64,000 nucleotides of DNA from a virus (Duplodnaviria > Caudoviricetes), in IMG/VR virus record IMGVR_UViG_3300036794_000053, positions 42,198-106,197 of that record. One strand, 5' to 3'. This document shows positions 19,312-27,900 of this stretch, piece by piece. Position 1 is the stretch's first letter; the number at the start of each line of letters is the position of its first letter. The notes below the pieces were generated by a model. It was not told the DNA's origin. It searched no databases and saw nothing but the letters and a program-made list of their open reading frames with translations. The position numbers and the translations under genes were made by a program.

Positions 19312-19328
19312 CATGTAAAGGATTGGTT

Positions 19329-21086
19329 ATGGCTGAAATGCCACCATCCGCGGGCGAAATGTTCGGCGACGCTGAGTCGCCGATGGAGGTCGCCCAGCGG
19401 TTCGAAGCCTATAAGGCTGAACTGAATAAAGCTATCGGGGCGCCTAAGCGCCCGCCGGGTCACCCGGCTTACTCCCAGCCGGACGAGGTCGAGTCTCTCA
19501 CTAAGGCGCTCGGGTCGGATCAGATTTCGAAGGCGCTTTCCCCGGAGATCATTGACTCCGTTCGGAATGCGCTTGCCGAGTCGCAGCTGGGTAAGGAATG
19601 GACCGCCGGTACTGGGTCTAACGCTAACCCGGTTCCGACCGGCTTGGTTGCTTTCGATCTGGAAGCCCCGGCGAAGCTGCTCGCGCCTCGCCCTACTCCG
19701 CTGCGGAATATGATTCCGCGTAACAAGGGCGTCGGTTTGGCGCACCGCTTCAAGGTCATCTCCGGTTTCACCGGCACTGGCACTGGCGGGGTGGGGACGT
19801 TCTTCCCCGGTATCACTGAGAGCGGTACGACCGCTTCTGGGACCACCCAGTTCAGTCAGGGCGGGTTCACTCCGCTGCGTGGCGCGACGATTAGCTACGC
19901 CGGTTACGACCAGGCTGTGAACTATAAGCAGTTCGGCGTGAGCGACGTGGTGAGTTGGGCCGCGCAGTATTCTGGGCAAGGCTACGAGGACGTTCGTCAG
20001 CTTTCCCAGACTGCCCTGTTGTGGTCTTCCATGCTGTTGGAAGAGCGCATGCTGTTGGGTGCTCGCGGTACCGATTCTGGTTTCTCTGGTGCGTTGGCCG
20101 CTCCTACTGGTGTGACGTTGACGGCGCGGGCCGCGACGGGCGCCGAGGTCGGTAACACCGCGGACATTGCGAACTTCTTCGTGTATGTCGTGGCTGTCGG
20201 CATGTGGGGCAATGGGCCGGCGTCGAGTGTGGCGACCACTACCGGTTTGTCCGCCGCTACTGGCGACGTTGTGGACGTTGTGTTCAACGACGTGCCGGGT
20301 GCTTTGGGGTACCAGATTTTCGCGGGTACTACCACCGGTGTGGCTAACTCGTTCGCGGCGCAGATTTCCGGTGGCCAGTTGGCTGCCGCGCCCGGTGTGA
20401 TTGGGGTTTCCCCAGCGGCTGGTACGTCCGCGGCGAAACTGACCATCAACTTCACCGGTGGCGGTACTGGTGGCGCTCCGAGCACTGGTTCGCAGCCGTC
20501 CGCGACGGATGGCAGCGCGTTCGCCACCGCCTATGACGGTGTGTTGAGTTACTGCACCGGCACGAGCTCCGGCTATGTCACTCGGGTCAACAACACCTTC
20601 GCCGGCGCGGACGGCGCGAATGTTGGGAACACCTTCAACAACGCCTACGCGAGCCTTTACGACTCGGTGAAAGCGGACCCGGATGAGATGTTGGCTAACG
20701 GCCACGACCGTAAGCAGGTCAGCGACCAGCTGAAGAACGAAAGCTCCGCGTCCTACCGCATCGTGTTGGACAACGCGACGCAGGCACACAACGCGCAGAT
20801 TGGTGCGTTGGTGACGGGGGTGCAGAACGAGGTCACCGGCAAGATGGTGAACCTCACCGTGCACCCATGGCTGCCGCAGGGCAACATCCCGATCATTTCG
20901 TGGACGCTGCCGCTGCCGGACAGCAACATCTCCAACGTGTTCTCGGTGATCAACGTGACCGATTACCAGGGCATTTCTTGGCCAGTGGTGCAGTACCTCT
21001 ACGAGACCAGCTCGTATTGGTACGGGACAATGGTATGTTATGCGCCCGCGTGGTGCGGCGCGGTCCAGGGAATTTGGAAGGCGTAA
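19329..21086 (+). CDS. Major capsid protein with an inserted FN3/Ig-like domain
   Basis: 'FDLEAPAKLLAPRPTPLRNMIPR', 'EERMLLG', 'VHPWLPQG'; position after protease; strongly biased codons. Confidence 0.85.
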   Translation: MAEMPPSAGEMFGDAESPMEVAQRFEAYKAELNKAIGAPKRPPGHPAYSQPDEVESLTKALGSDQISKALSPEIIDSVRNALAESQLGKEWTAGTGSNANPVPTGLVAFDLEAPAKLLAPRPTPLRNMIPRNKGVGLAHRFKVISGFTGTGTGGVGTFFPGITESGTTASGTTQFSQGGFTPLRGATISYAGYDQAVNYKQFGVSDVVSWAAQYSGQGYEDVRQLSQTALLWSSMLLEERMLLGARGTDSGFSGALAAPTGVTLTARAATGAEVGNTADIANFFVYVVAVGMWGNGPASSVATTTGLSAATGDVVDVVFNDVPGALGYQIFAGTTTGVANSFAAQISGGQLAAAPGVIGVSPAAGTSAAKLTINFTGGGTGGAPSTGSQPSATDGSAFATAYDGVLSYCTGTSSGYVTRVNNTFAGADGANVGNTFNNAYASLYDSVKADPDEMLANGHDRKQVSDQLKNESSASYRIVLDNATQAHNAQIGALVTGVQNEVTGKMVNLTVHPWLPQGNIPIISWTLPLPDSNISNVFSVINVTDYQGISWPVVQYLYETSSYWYGTMVCYAPAWCGAVQGIWKA

Positions 21087-21101
21087 GGGCTAGAAACCGC
21101 T

Positions 21102-21138
21102 AGGGAAGGCGCCAGAGTACCCAGCTGGCGCCTTCCCT
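21102..21138 (+). terminator. Stem-loop after MCP
   Basis: AGGGAAGGCGCCAG / CTGGCGCCTTCCCT 14-bp stem. Confidence 0.65.
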
Positions 21139-21175
21139 GCGTCTTTCCCCTGTCCGCCTAAAGAGAGGTTTCCTG

Positions 21176-21394
21176 ATGATCGAAGAGACGCCGAAACGAC
21201 CGCGTGGACGCCCACGTAAAGACGCACCACCCTACGTGTACCAGCCCGTTGAGCAGCCAAAACATGCCAAACCTGCGGGGCCGGTGGACCCGCGGATTGG
21301 TGAGGAAGTGGACGCGACAACGAAGTTCATCACTTTCCCCGACGGCGCCGAATACCGCGCCGAAAACGGTCGGCTTGTGGAGCGGGTGAACTGA
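21176..21394 (+). CDS. Hypothetical virion-region protein
   Basis: GAGG RBS; AT-hook-like RPRGRPRK. Confidence 0.65.
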   Translation: MIEETPKRPRGRPRKDAPPYVYQPVEQPKHAKPAGPVDPRIGEEVDATTKFITFPDGAEYRAENGRLVERVN

Positions 21395-21648
21395 TGTCTC
21401 GACTGCTGTCACCGGACGACAAGTGTGTTCAGGTTGATGTCCCGTTGGGGCGGAACCGGCGTTACAGCGGCCAGTTGATTGATGTGTCCGACCCGAGTCA
21501 TGTCCGTGCTTTGCGGCTAGCCGGGTACACGGTCGCGGACACCGCCGGCGCACCCGCGAAAACGGGGGGGTTCGAATGTGCCAATTGTGGGTTCCACAGC
21601 TACTTCCGTACCTGTTCACGGTGCGGCGGAATGTGTGAGCGCCCTTAA
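21394..21648 (+). CDS. Small Zn-ribbon protein
   Basis: 'CANCGFHSYFRTCSRCG'; TGATG coupling. Confidence 0.7.
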   Translation: MSRLLSPDDKCVQVDVPLGRNRRYSGQLIDVSDPSHVRALRLAGYTVADTAGAPAKTGGFECANCGFHSYFRTCSRCGGMCERP

Positions 21649-21663
21649 CAGGAGGGGTGTGTT

Positions 21664-22539
21664 ATGACGGCCCCAACTATTCACCCCGTTTCCACCCAGG
21701 GTGTGTCGATCCCGTACATCACGGTGGACGAGTTGAAACGTTCCCCGGTGTACACCCAGTTGCAGAAGTTGGTGCCTCGTTCTTCCGAGGCGGATCGGGA
21801 CGCCGAGCTGGCCGCGATCATCCGCCGCGCGTCGGCGATGATCAACGGTGAGGTGAATCAAAACCTGGCTGCCACCACCGACTATGAGGTGGGCCGGGTC
21901 GTCGCGGACGACTGGGGGAACATCCGCATCCACACTCGCGCGAACCCGATCATCGACGTGGTGTCGATATCGATCGGGCAGAACCCGGCGAGTCTGACCC
22001 CGGTCACCGATCTGTCCAGCGTCATTCTCGATCCGTGGCGGATCACTATTCCGTCGCACGGCTCGACGAACTGGTTTTGGTCGGGGAATCTTCCGCTGGG
22101 CCGGTTCAGCCCGGGTCGGTCGATGTGGGCGGAGTGGGTGTACACGAACGGCTACCCAGCGACCGCGTTGTCTGTCGACGCGAATGCCGGTGACACCACG
22201 ATCACGGTGAAGAACGCGACGGGGATTCTCCCGAACAGCACTTTGTTGACGATCGAGGACGGTAAGTACTTCGAGCAGCTGACCCCGACCGCGGTCACCG
22301 GGAATGTGTTGACCATCCCAGCGTTGGAGTTCGCGCACTTGGCTGGTGTTGGTGTGTCGTCGTTGCCGGATGACATCAAGGAATGCGCGTTGCTGCTGTG
22401 TTCCCGGCTGCACGATACGTGGAGTTTGACGATGGGCGCGGTCAGTGTCGACGGCTCCGGCGCGCACAACAATTCGCCGCGGCCGAAGATCATGTGTGAT
22501 GCAGCGGTGATCTTGGAACCGTATCGGCGGTGGTGGTGA
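21664..22539 (+). CDS. Head-tail adaptor
   Basis: 'PYITVDEL...IIRRASAMI...LPDDIKECALL...LEPYRR'. Confidence 0.7.
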   Translation: MTAPTIHPVSTQGVSIPYITVDELKRSPVYTQLQKLVPRSSEADRDAELAAIIRRASAMINGEVNQNLAATTDYEVGRVVADDWGNIRIHTRANPIIDVVSISIGQNPASLTPVTDLSSVILDPWRITIPSHGSTNWFWSGNLPLGRFSPGRSMWAEWVYTNGYPATALSVDANAGDTTITVKNATGILPNSTLLTIEDGKYFEQLTPTAVTGNVLTIPALEFAHLAGVGVSSLPDDIKECALLLCSRLHDTWSLTMGAVSVDGSGAHNNSPRPKIMCDAAVILEPYRRWW

Positions 22540-22934
22540 GCGGATACAACACCGTCCGGAAAGCGTTGGGTGCGGCGGTTCAGGAGTACGAGCCGGACAT
22601 CAACATCTACTACTACGTGCCGCGGACGTTGGTGCCGCCGGCGGTGATTGTGCAGCCGGCGCACCGGACGGTCAGCTATCTGCAAGGCCAGTCGTCGCGG
22701 TCAGCGGAGTGGCGTTTCAACGTGATGGTCATTGTTGGCCAGGTCAGTGAGGAAGGCGCCCAGGAAATGGCGGGCGAGCTGATCTCCCCCCGCTCCCTTC
22801 TGGTCGCGGCGTTGAACAACACGAAGTTGGAGAAAGGGTACGCGCAAGTCACCGACGGAACCGTGGCGGAAACCACGATCGGTGGCGGTGTCTACACCCA
22901 CGTCCAGCTGTCCGTCTGCGCGTATTCCCCGTAA
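22536..22934 (+). CDS. Probable tail terminator / connector
   Basis: Position before the major tail gene; 'VPPAVIVQP'. Confidence 0.55.
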   Translation: MSGYNTVRKALGAAVQEYEPDINIYYYVPRTLVPPAVIVQPAHRTVSYLQGQSSRSAEWRFNVMVIVGQVSEEGAQEMAGELISPRSLLVAALNNTKLEKGYAQVTDGTVAETTIGGGVYTHVQLSVCAYSP

Positions 22935-22990
22935 CCCTCCCCCCTTTCTCGGGGGTCTCTCTGTCGCCCCCCGAACAGGAAGGTGCTGCT

Positions 22991-23215
22991 GTGCCAGCAA
23001 AACAGTATGTGGTGGTCCGTAGGTTCCGGCGCACTGATAAGCGCACCGGTGTCGACACCATCTATGTCCCGGAGAAGCCGTACACAGGGCCGGTCGATAA
23101 GCCGTACCTGTTGGACCCGAAAGGTCCAGACGGTAAAGGTCCGCTAATCGCCGAGGTGGCCGACTCCTCTAGCTCTCCCAGCCCCTCAGCTGGCGACTCC
23201 GGTAAGGAGAAATAA
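22991..23215 (+). CDS. Hypothetical virion-region protein
   Basis: GGAAGG RBS; operon context. Confidence 0.6.
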   Translation: MPAKQYVVVRRFRRTDKRTGVDTIYVPEKPYTGPVDKPYLLDPKGPDGKGPLIAEVADSSSSPSPSAGDSGKEK

Positions 23216-23217
23216 CA

Positions 23218-23997
23218 ATGGCGATTGACCTTATGCAGGTTACCGAATTTTATCCCGGCTATCAGGCACAGTGGGGCCTAGAGCAATACGTCTTCTCCGC
23301 GCAAGGCAACGATATTGAACACGGCCGGAAAGCGGACAAGATTGACGGCTCCGGTTTCGGTACTCGTGTCCGTAACTCGTTGCCTGGTATGCAGGACGGC
23401 TCTTTGAAGATTAAGGGCCTGGCGGCGATGGAGAAGGGGAAGCTGAACTGGCAGCTGAACCAGTGGTTCGGCCGGGTCACCCCGATCAATGCGTGGTATG
23501 CGCTGCAGGGATTGGCCGCTCTGTCCCCCATCACCTTGCAGCCAAGCTCCATCATCGACGCGTCGATCAGCGCGAAGTTGAAGGACGCGGTCGATTTCTC
23601 GCTTGAGCTCGACGCGCGCGGCGCGTATGACGACGGGTTCATTCTGCTCTCCCCAGAGGTTCTGCTGACCGGTTCGTCCGGTACGGGTTCGCAGGACGTC
23701 AACACCCTGTATGGCGGGGCCACCACCACCGGTGGTGTGGGCCAGCTACACGTCCTGGCGTTTGACGGGGGTACGTCTCCGTCGGTGACGGTGACGATTG
23801 AACATTCGCCGGATGGTTCGTCCTGGACGAACCTGGTTTCTTTCCAGGCGCAGTCGGCGGTGGGTTCCCAGCGGATCACTCTGCCTTCCACGACCACCAT
23901 TAACCAGTATGTGCAGGCGACGTGGACGGCGACTGGTAGCCCAACGGATGTTCAGGTGCTGTGCGCCTATGCCCGTGGCGTCAACCTGGACGGCTAA
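23218..23997 (+). CDS. Major tail protein
   Basis: AAGGAG RBS; 'SGFGTRVRNSLPGMQDG'; precedes the chaperones and tape measure genes. Confidence 0.75.
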   Translation: MAIDLMQVTEFYPGYQAQWGLEQYVFSAQGNDIEHGRKADKIDGSGFGTRVRNSLPGMQDGSLKIKGLAAMEKGKLNWQLNQWFGRVTPINAWYALQGLAALSPITLQPSSIIDASISAKLKDAVDFSLELDARGAYDDGFILLSPEVLLTGSSGTGSQDVNTLYGGATTTGGVGQLHVLAFDGGTSPSVTVTIEHSPDGSSWTNLVSFQAQSAVGSQRITLPSTTTINQYVQATWTATGSPTDVQVLCAYARGVNLDG

Positions 23998-23999
23998 TC

Positions 24000-24224
24000 A
24001 TGGGGTGGGAAGACGACCCGAACTGCCGCATCACTGTCACGTTGGACAGCGAAACGGAGGAGCTCGTCAAGAACCTTCTTGACCCGAAACGTCTCCCTGA
24101 ACGATGCCGCTGTTTCGTGAGGAAACACCCGGATTGTTGCGCACTGTGCCGGGCGAATAACTCCTGTCTCCTCATTCCTATGCATTTCCAATGCCGCTGC
24201 GTACGCGTTTACGAATGTTTCTGA
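24000..24224 (+). CDS. Small Cys-rich protein (PxHxxCRC, MuF-C-like)
   Basis: 'CCALC...IPMHFQCRC'. Confidence 0.55.
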   Translation: MGWEDDPNCRITVTLDSETEELVKNLLDPKRLPERCRCFVRKHPDCCALCRANNSCLLIPMHFQCRCVRVYECF

Positions 24225-24239
24225 AGGAGGATCTGTTTC

Positions 24240-24680
24240 ATGTCCGAGCACGCCGAGAAGGACATGTCCGTGGAGGACGACGATTTTGAGCTGATCACTA
24301 GCTCCCGTCTGTTGGGTTCCGCGCCGCCGCTCCGGAAGGAAGGGGTCACGTTGAAGGAGTGGCCCACTACTTCGGGGAAGGCGGCGCGGTTCCTGGAGTG
24401 GGAGTTGACGGCGGCCGAGTATGCGGAGTTCCTGGAAGAAGGCCGGGTGTACCGCGACGGTATCCTCAAACGGTACGACACGAAAGATGAGGACTTCCGT
24501 TTCCTGTCCCGCACTACACGTGACCCGAACAACAACCGCATCTGGACGTCGTTTGAGGCGGCGAAGCTGCAACTCGGCTCGATCGGCAAGAGCAGTGTGA
24601 ACATGCTGTTGGCGGCGGCGAACCGGGTGAACAGCGCGCGGGGCGCGGAGGGAAACTCCGAAGCAACCCCCACCGACTAA
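24240..24680 (+). CDS. Tail assembly chaperone (G)
   Basis: AGGAGG RBS; ends just after a G GGA AAC slippery site. Confidence 0.8.
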   Translation: MSEHAEKDMSVEDDDFELITSSRLLGSAPPLRKEGVTLKEWPTTSGKAARFLEWELTAAEYAEFLEEGRVYRDGILKRYDTKDEDFRFLSRTTRDPNNNRIWTSFEAAKLQLGSIGKSSVNMLLAAANRVNSARGAEGNSEATPTD

Positions 24681-24916
24681 TCGCGTTCGACTTCGCGTTC
24701 CAGTGGGGGTACACATCTCCGGACAAGATGCTGCGTGAGATGTCCCAGTCTGACTGGTTGGGGTGGTTGGAGTGGTTGGCGATACGGGGCCCGATCGGTG
24801 GTCCCCGTACCGACTTCTACACCTCCTTCGTGGCGATGCACGCCTCCCAGCCGCAGAAAGAGGTGTCGATCACCGCGTTCAAGATGCCGTGGATTAGAGA
24901 AGAAGACCTTCAGTAA
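24650..24916 (+). CDS. Tail assembly chaperone GT extension via -1 frameshift
   Basis: X XXY YYZ heptamer GGGAAAC at 24650-24656; the -1 frame is open into ORF 24728-24916. Confidence 0.8.
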   Translation, partial: GKLRSNPHRLIAFDFAFQWGYTSPDKMLREMSQSDWLGWLEWLAIRGPIGGPRTDFYTSFVAMHASQPQKEVSITAFKMPWIREEDLQ

Positions 24917-24931
24917 AGGCAGGGGACGATC

Positions 24932-27900
24932 GTGGTTGCTTCAGCGAGCCAACTCCATCTAGAGATCACAGCGGATTCCACTAACGCTGTTGATGCGATG
25001 GATAAGGCGAAGTCCGCGATTCGTAACTTGCATGGTGAGCGGGCTTCGATCGGTATCGAGCTCACCGGCGCCCAAGAGGCCGCTAGCCAGATCGATAGGG
25101 TTCGGCAGGCGCGGGAGAAGGCGTCGGGGACTGTCAAGGTCGGTGTTGACGCTGGCGGTATGGATGAGGCTGAGGCGAAGGTGGGGTCGCTGCGCCGGGC
25201 GGTGCAGGGTTTGGCTGGGGATTTGGCTCCGTTGGGTCGGTCTCGGCAAACGTTGTCGGTTGATTCTGGTGGGATTCGGCAGGCGGCGGCGGATACGGCC
25301 GAGTTTGGTCGGCAAACCAACCAGGCCCGCGGGTCGCTCACCGGTTTGGCTAGTGATGCGCGTGGCGCGGCGGACAGCCATGAGTCGTATTCGCGGTCGG
25401 TCCGGGCCGCCACAGCATCCACCGGTTCGCTGGTCAGTGCGCATGGTGATGCGGAGCGCAGTTTCGGCCGCGTGTCAGCGAAGGCGGACGAGCTGGGTGC
25501 CCGGATGCAGTCGGTGGGTGCGCAGATGGCCGCGCATGAACGCTCAATCAACCAGTTCTCGAATTCTTCTGAGCGGGGTTTGCGTCGGGTCGCTGACGCC
25601 GCCGACGATTTGGGTGCGCGGTCGGGGAACATCGCCGCCGCGGCCAAGGAGTTGAAGGGGTTGGCGTCGGCCGCTGAGGATGCGGATCGGGCGAATGCCC
25701 GGTTGAGCAGCAGCCGCCCGCCCGCACCCCGGGAGCCGGTTCCGGTGCGGGAGTTGGCGATGGCCGGCGCACCAGCCGGCGGCGGGGGCAGCGCGGGTGG
25801 TGGGGCGCAGCCGAGTCCGTCTATGGGGTGGCGTGGCGCGACGAGCCCGAACGAGCCGGGCCGGACCGGGTTCCGGATTGACAACAACGAGCGCCGCATG
25901 CAGGCACGCCAGGGCCGACCAGCTCCTACTGGCGGTACCGGCGGTGGTACTGGTGGTGGGCCGCCGCCACCGCCGAAGGGCTACGGGGGTGGCCCAGTCG
26001 GCGGCGACGATGAGGACCCGGATGATTTGTTGGGTCGCCGGGAGGCCCGGGCGAGGCTGGAGGAGCAGGCCGCGGCTGAGAAGGAAGCCCGGCAGGAAGC
26101 GGACAGGGCGGCCCGCGCGGCGTCTCATCAGAAGGTGATGGACCGGCTCGCGCAGGCCAAGAAAGAGGGCATGCTCAGCCGGGAACAACCACCCGAGGCG
26201 ACCGCCGCGGCTAAACAACTTCAGGATGAGCAGCAGTCGCTGTGGGATGCGGCGCGTGGCGGCCCGGGGACACCGGGCCCGTATGAGACTGGGCCGCATG
26301 GTGAGGCGGGTTCTGGTTTCCGTAGCCATTTCCCGCCGCCGATGCAGGGCCCGGAGCGGCCGGTAAGCCCGGAAACGCAAGCTGATATCAACCGGGCCGC
26401 CCAGTTGCATGAGCAGGAGCATGCGAAATGGCAGGCGAAACACGACGCAAAGGCGATCGAGAAGCAAGCCGATAGGGCGGCGGCGGGTTTGGGTCCGACG
26501 GGTCCGGAGCAGTCTCCGTTTGAGTCGGACGCTGAGTATGCGACTCGGATGGCTCGTGGCGTCAAGGACACGAAGGCTGCGGAGGAGAGGACTCGGGCGA
26601 AGCTTGCCGCTCGGGGGACTGTCTCCGCGAAACACCTTGGGGAGATCGAGGAGTCGGAGCGGACGCTGAGGTACGGTCCGCCACCGGGCGACACCGCGTC
26701 TACCGCTCCGGTGTGGAATGCGGATAAGGGCCAGTGGGAGTACCCCAATGAGCCGCCGGACAAGCAACCTCCTCCCCGCCGTGGAGGCGGCCGTGGTGGT
26801 GCTGGGGGCGCTGGTGGTAAGGAACCGGGCCCGTTCGAGGACGAGGAGAAAGCGTTAAAGTCGGTTCACGGGCCCGCGATGGTCAGCCTGCTGGGTTCTG
26901 GTATGGCCACGATTGTTACCGCTCTCGCCGGGCTGCTCCAGGCCAAAGAGGTGATCAAGAACACGCCGTCGTTGGCGGGCGCGTTTGGTGATGCGCAGAA
27001 ACATTTCGCCCAGGGTGTTTCGGATGCGATGGACGCGAAGATTGATGCGGCCGCGGCGCCAATGCTTGAGGCCACCAAAAACAATCTGTACCAGTTTGGT
27101 AAGCAGTTGGAGAAGACCGGCGAGGCGATGCTGCCGACGTTCGCCCACGTGTTGGATCAGGCGGCGGCGCAGGCCGCGACCTCTAATGCGGCGTTGCGGC
27201 CGATCATGCCGGGCGCGGCGACTGGGTTGGGTGACACGCTCGATTCGATTATGTCCGCGATTTCGTCGCCGGCTTCGATCGCTGGCCAGAAGTCGGTGAT
27301 TGGTGCGTTGACGAGCGGGCAGGATCAGGCGGCCATCTCGGATATCACTGGCGGGGTTATCGGCGCCGGTGGCCCGGTGTTGAAAGGTGTTTTGGACGCT
27401 GGCGGCATGTTGGACAGCGCGTTCGGTGGCGGGTTCGGTGGGGGTGACAAGTCCCAACAGTTCGCGTCGGCTATTTCGGCTGGTCTCGGTGGCCGTGCCG
27501 GTTGGCTAGCGAGTGGCGGGAAAGGCGTGTTGGCCGCTCGCGCGGCCAGTGGCACAGCTGGGGCCGCTGAAGCTGCTGGCGGGGCAGCTGGTGGCGCGGG
27601 GGCCGCTGTCGGCGCCGAGACGTCTCTTGTCGGCCCCATCTCGGGTGCCGCTGCCGGTGTTGGTCTGGGTTTGCTCACCCAGTATCAGCAGCAGCAGAAC
27701 GCTGAGCAACCGGGCAGTCAGGACACCACGCAGAACTTGCTTTCCGCGGCGGGCGGGTACGGCTTGGCGAAAGCGTTCGGGCTCAAAGGTGGCTGGCCGA
27801 TGATTGCTGGTTTTGCCGCCGACGCCGCGACAAGTGAAGCGCCGATACCGAAAGACTGGAAGACCGCGATTGACAAAACCGTGACCGGCGCCGGTCTTGG

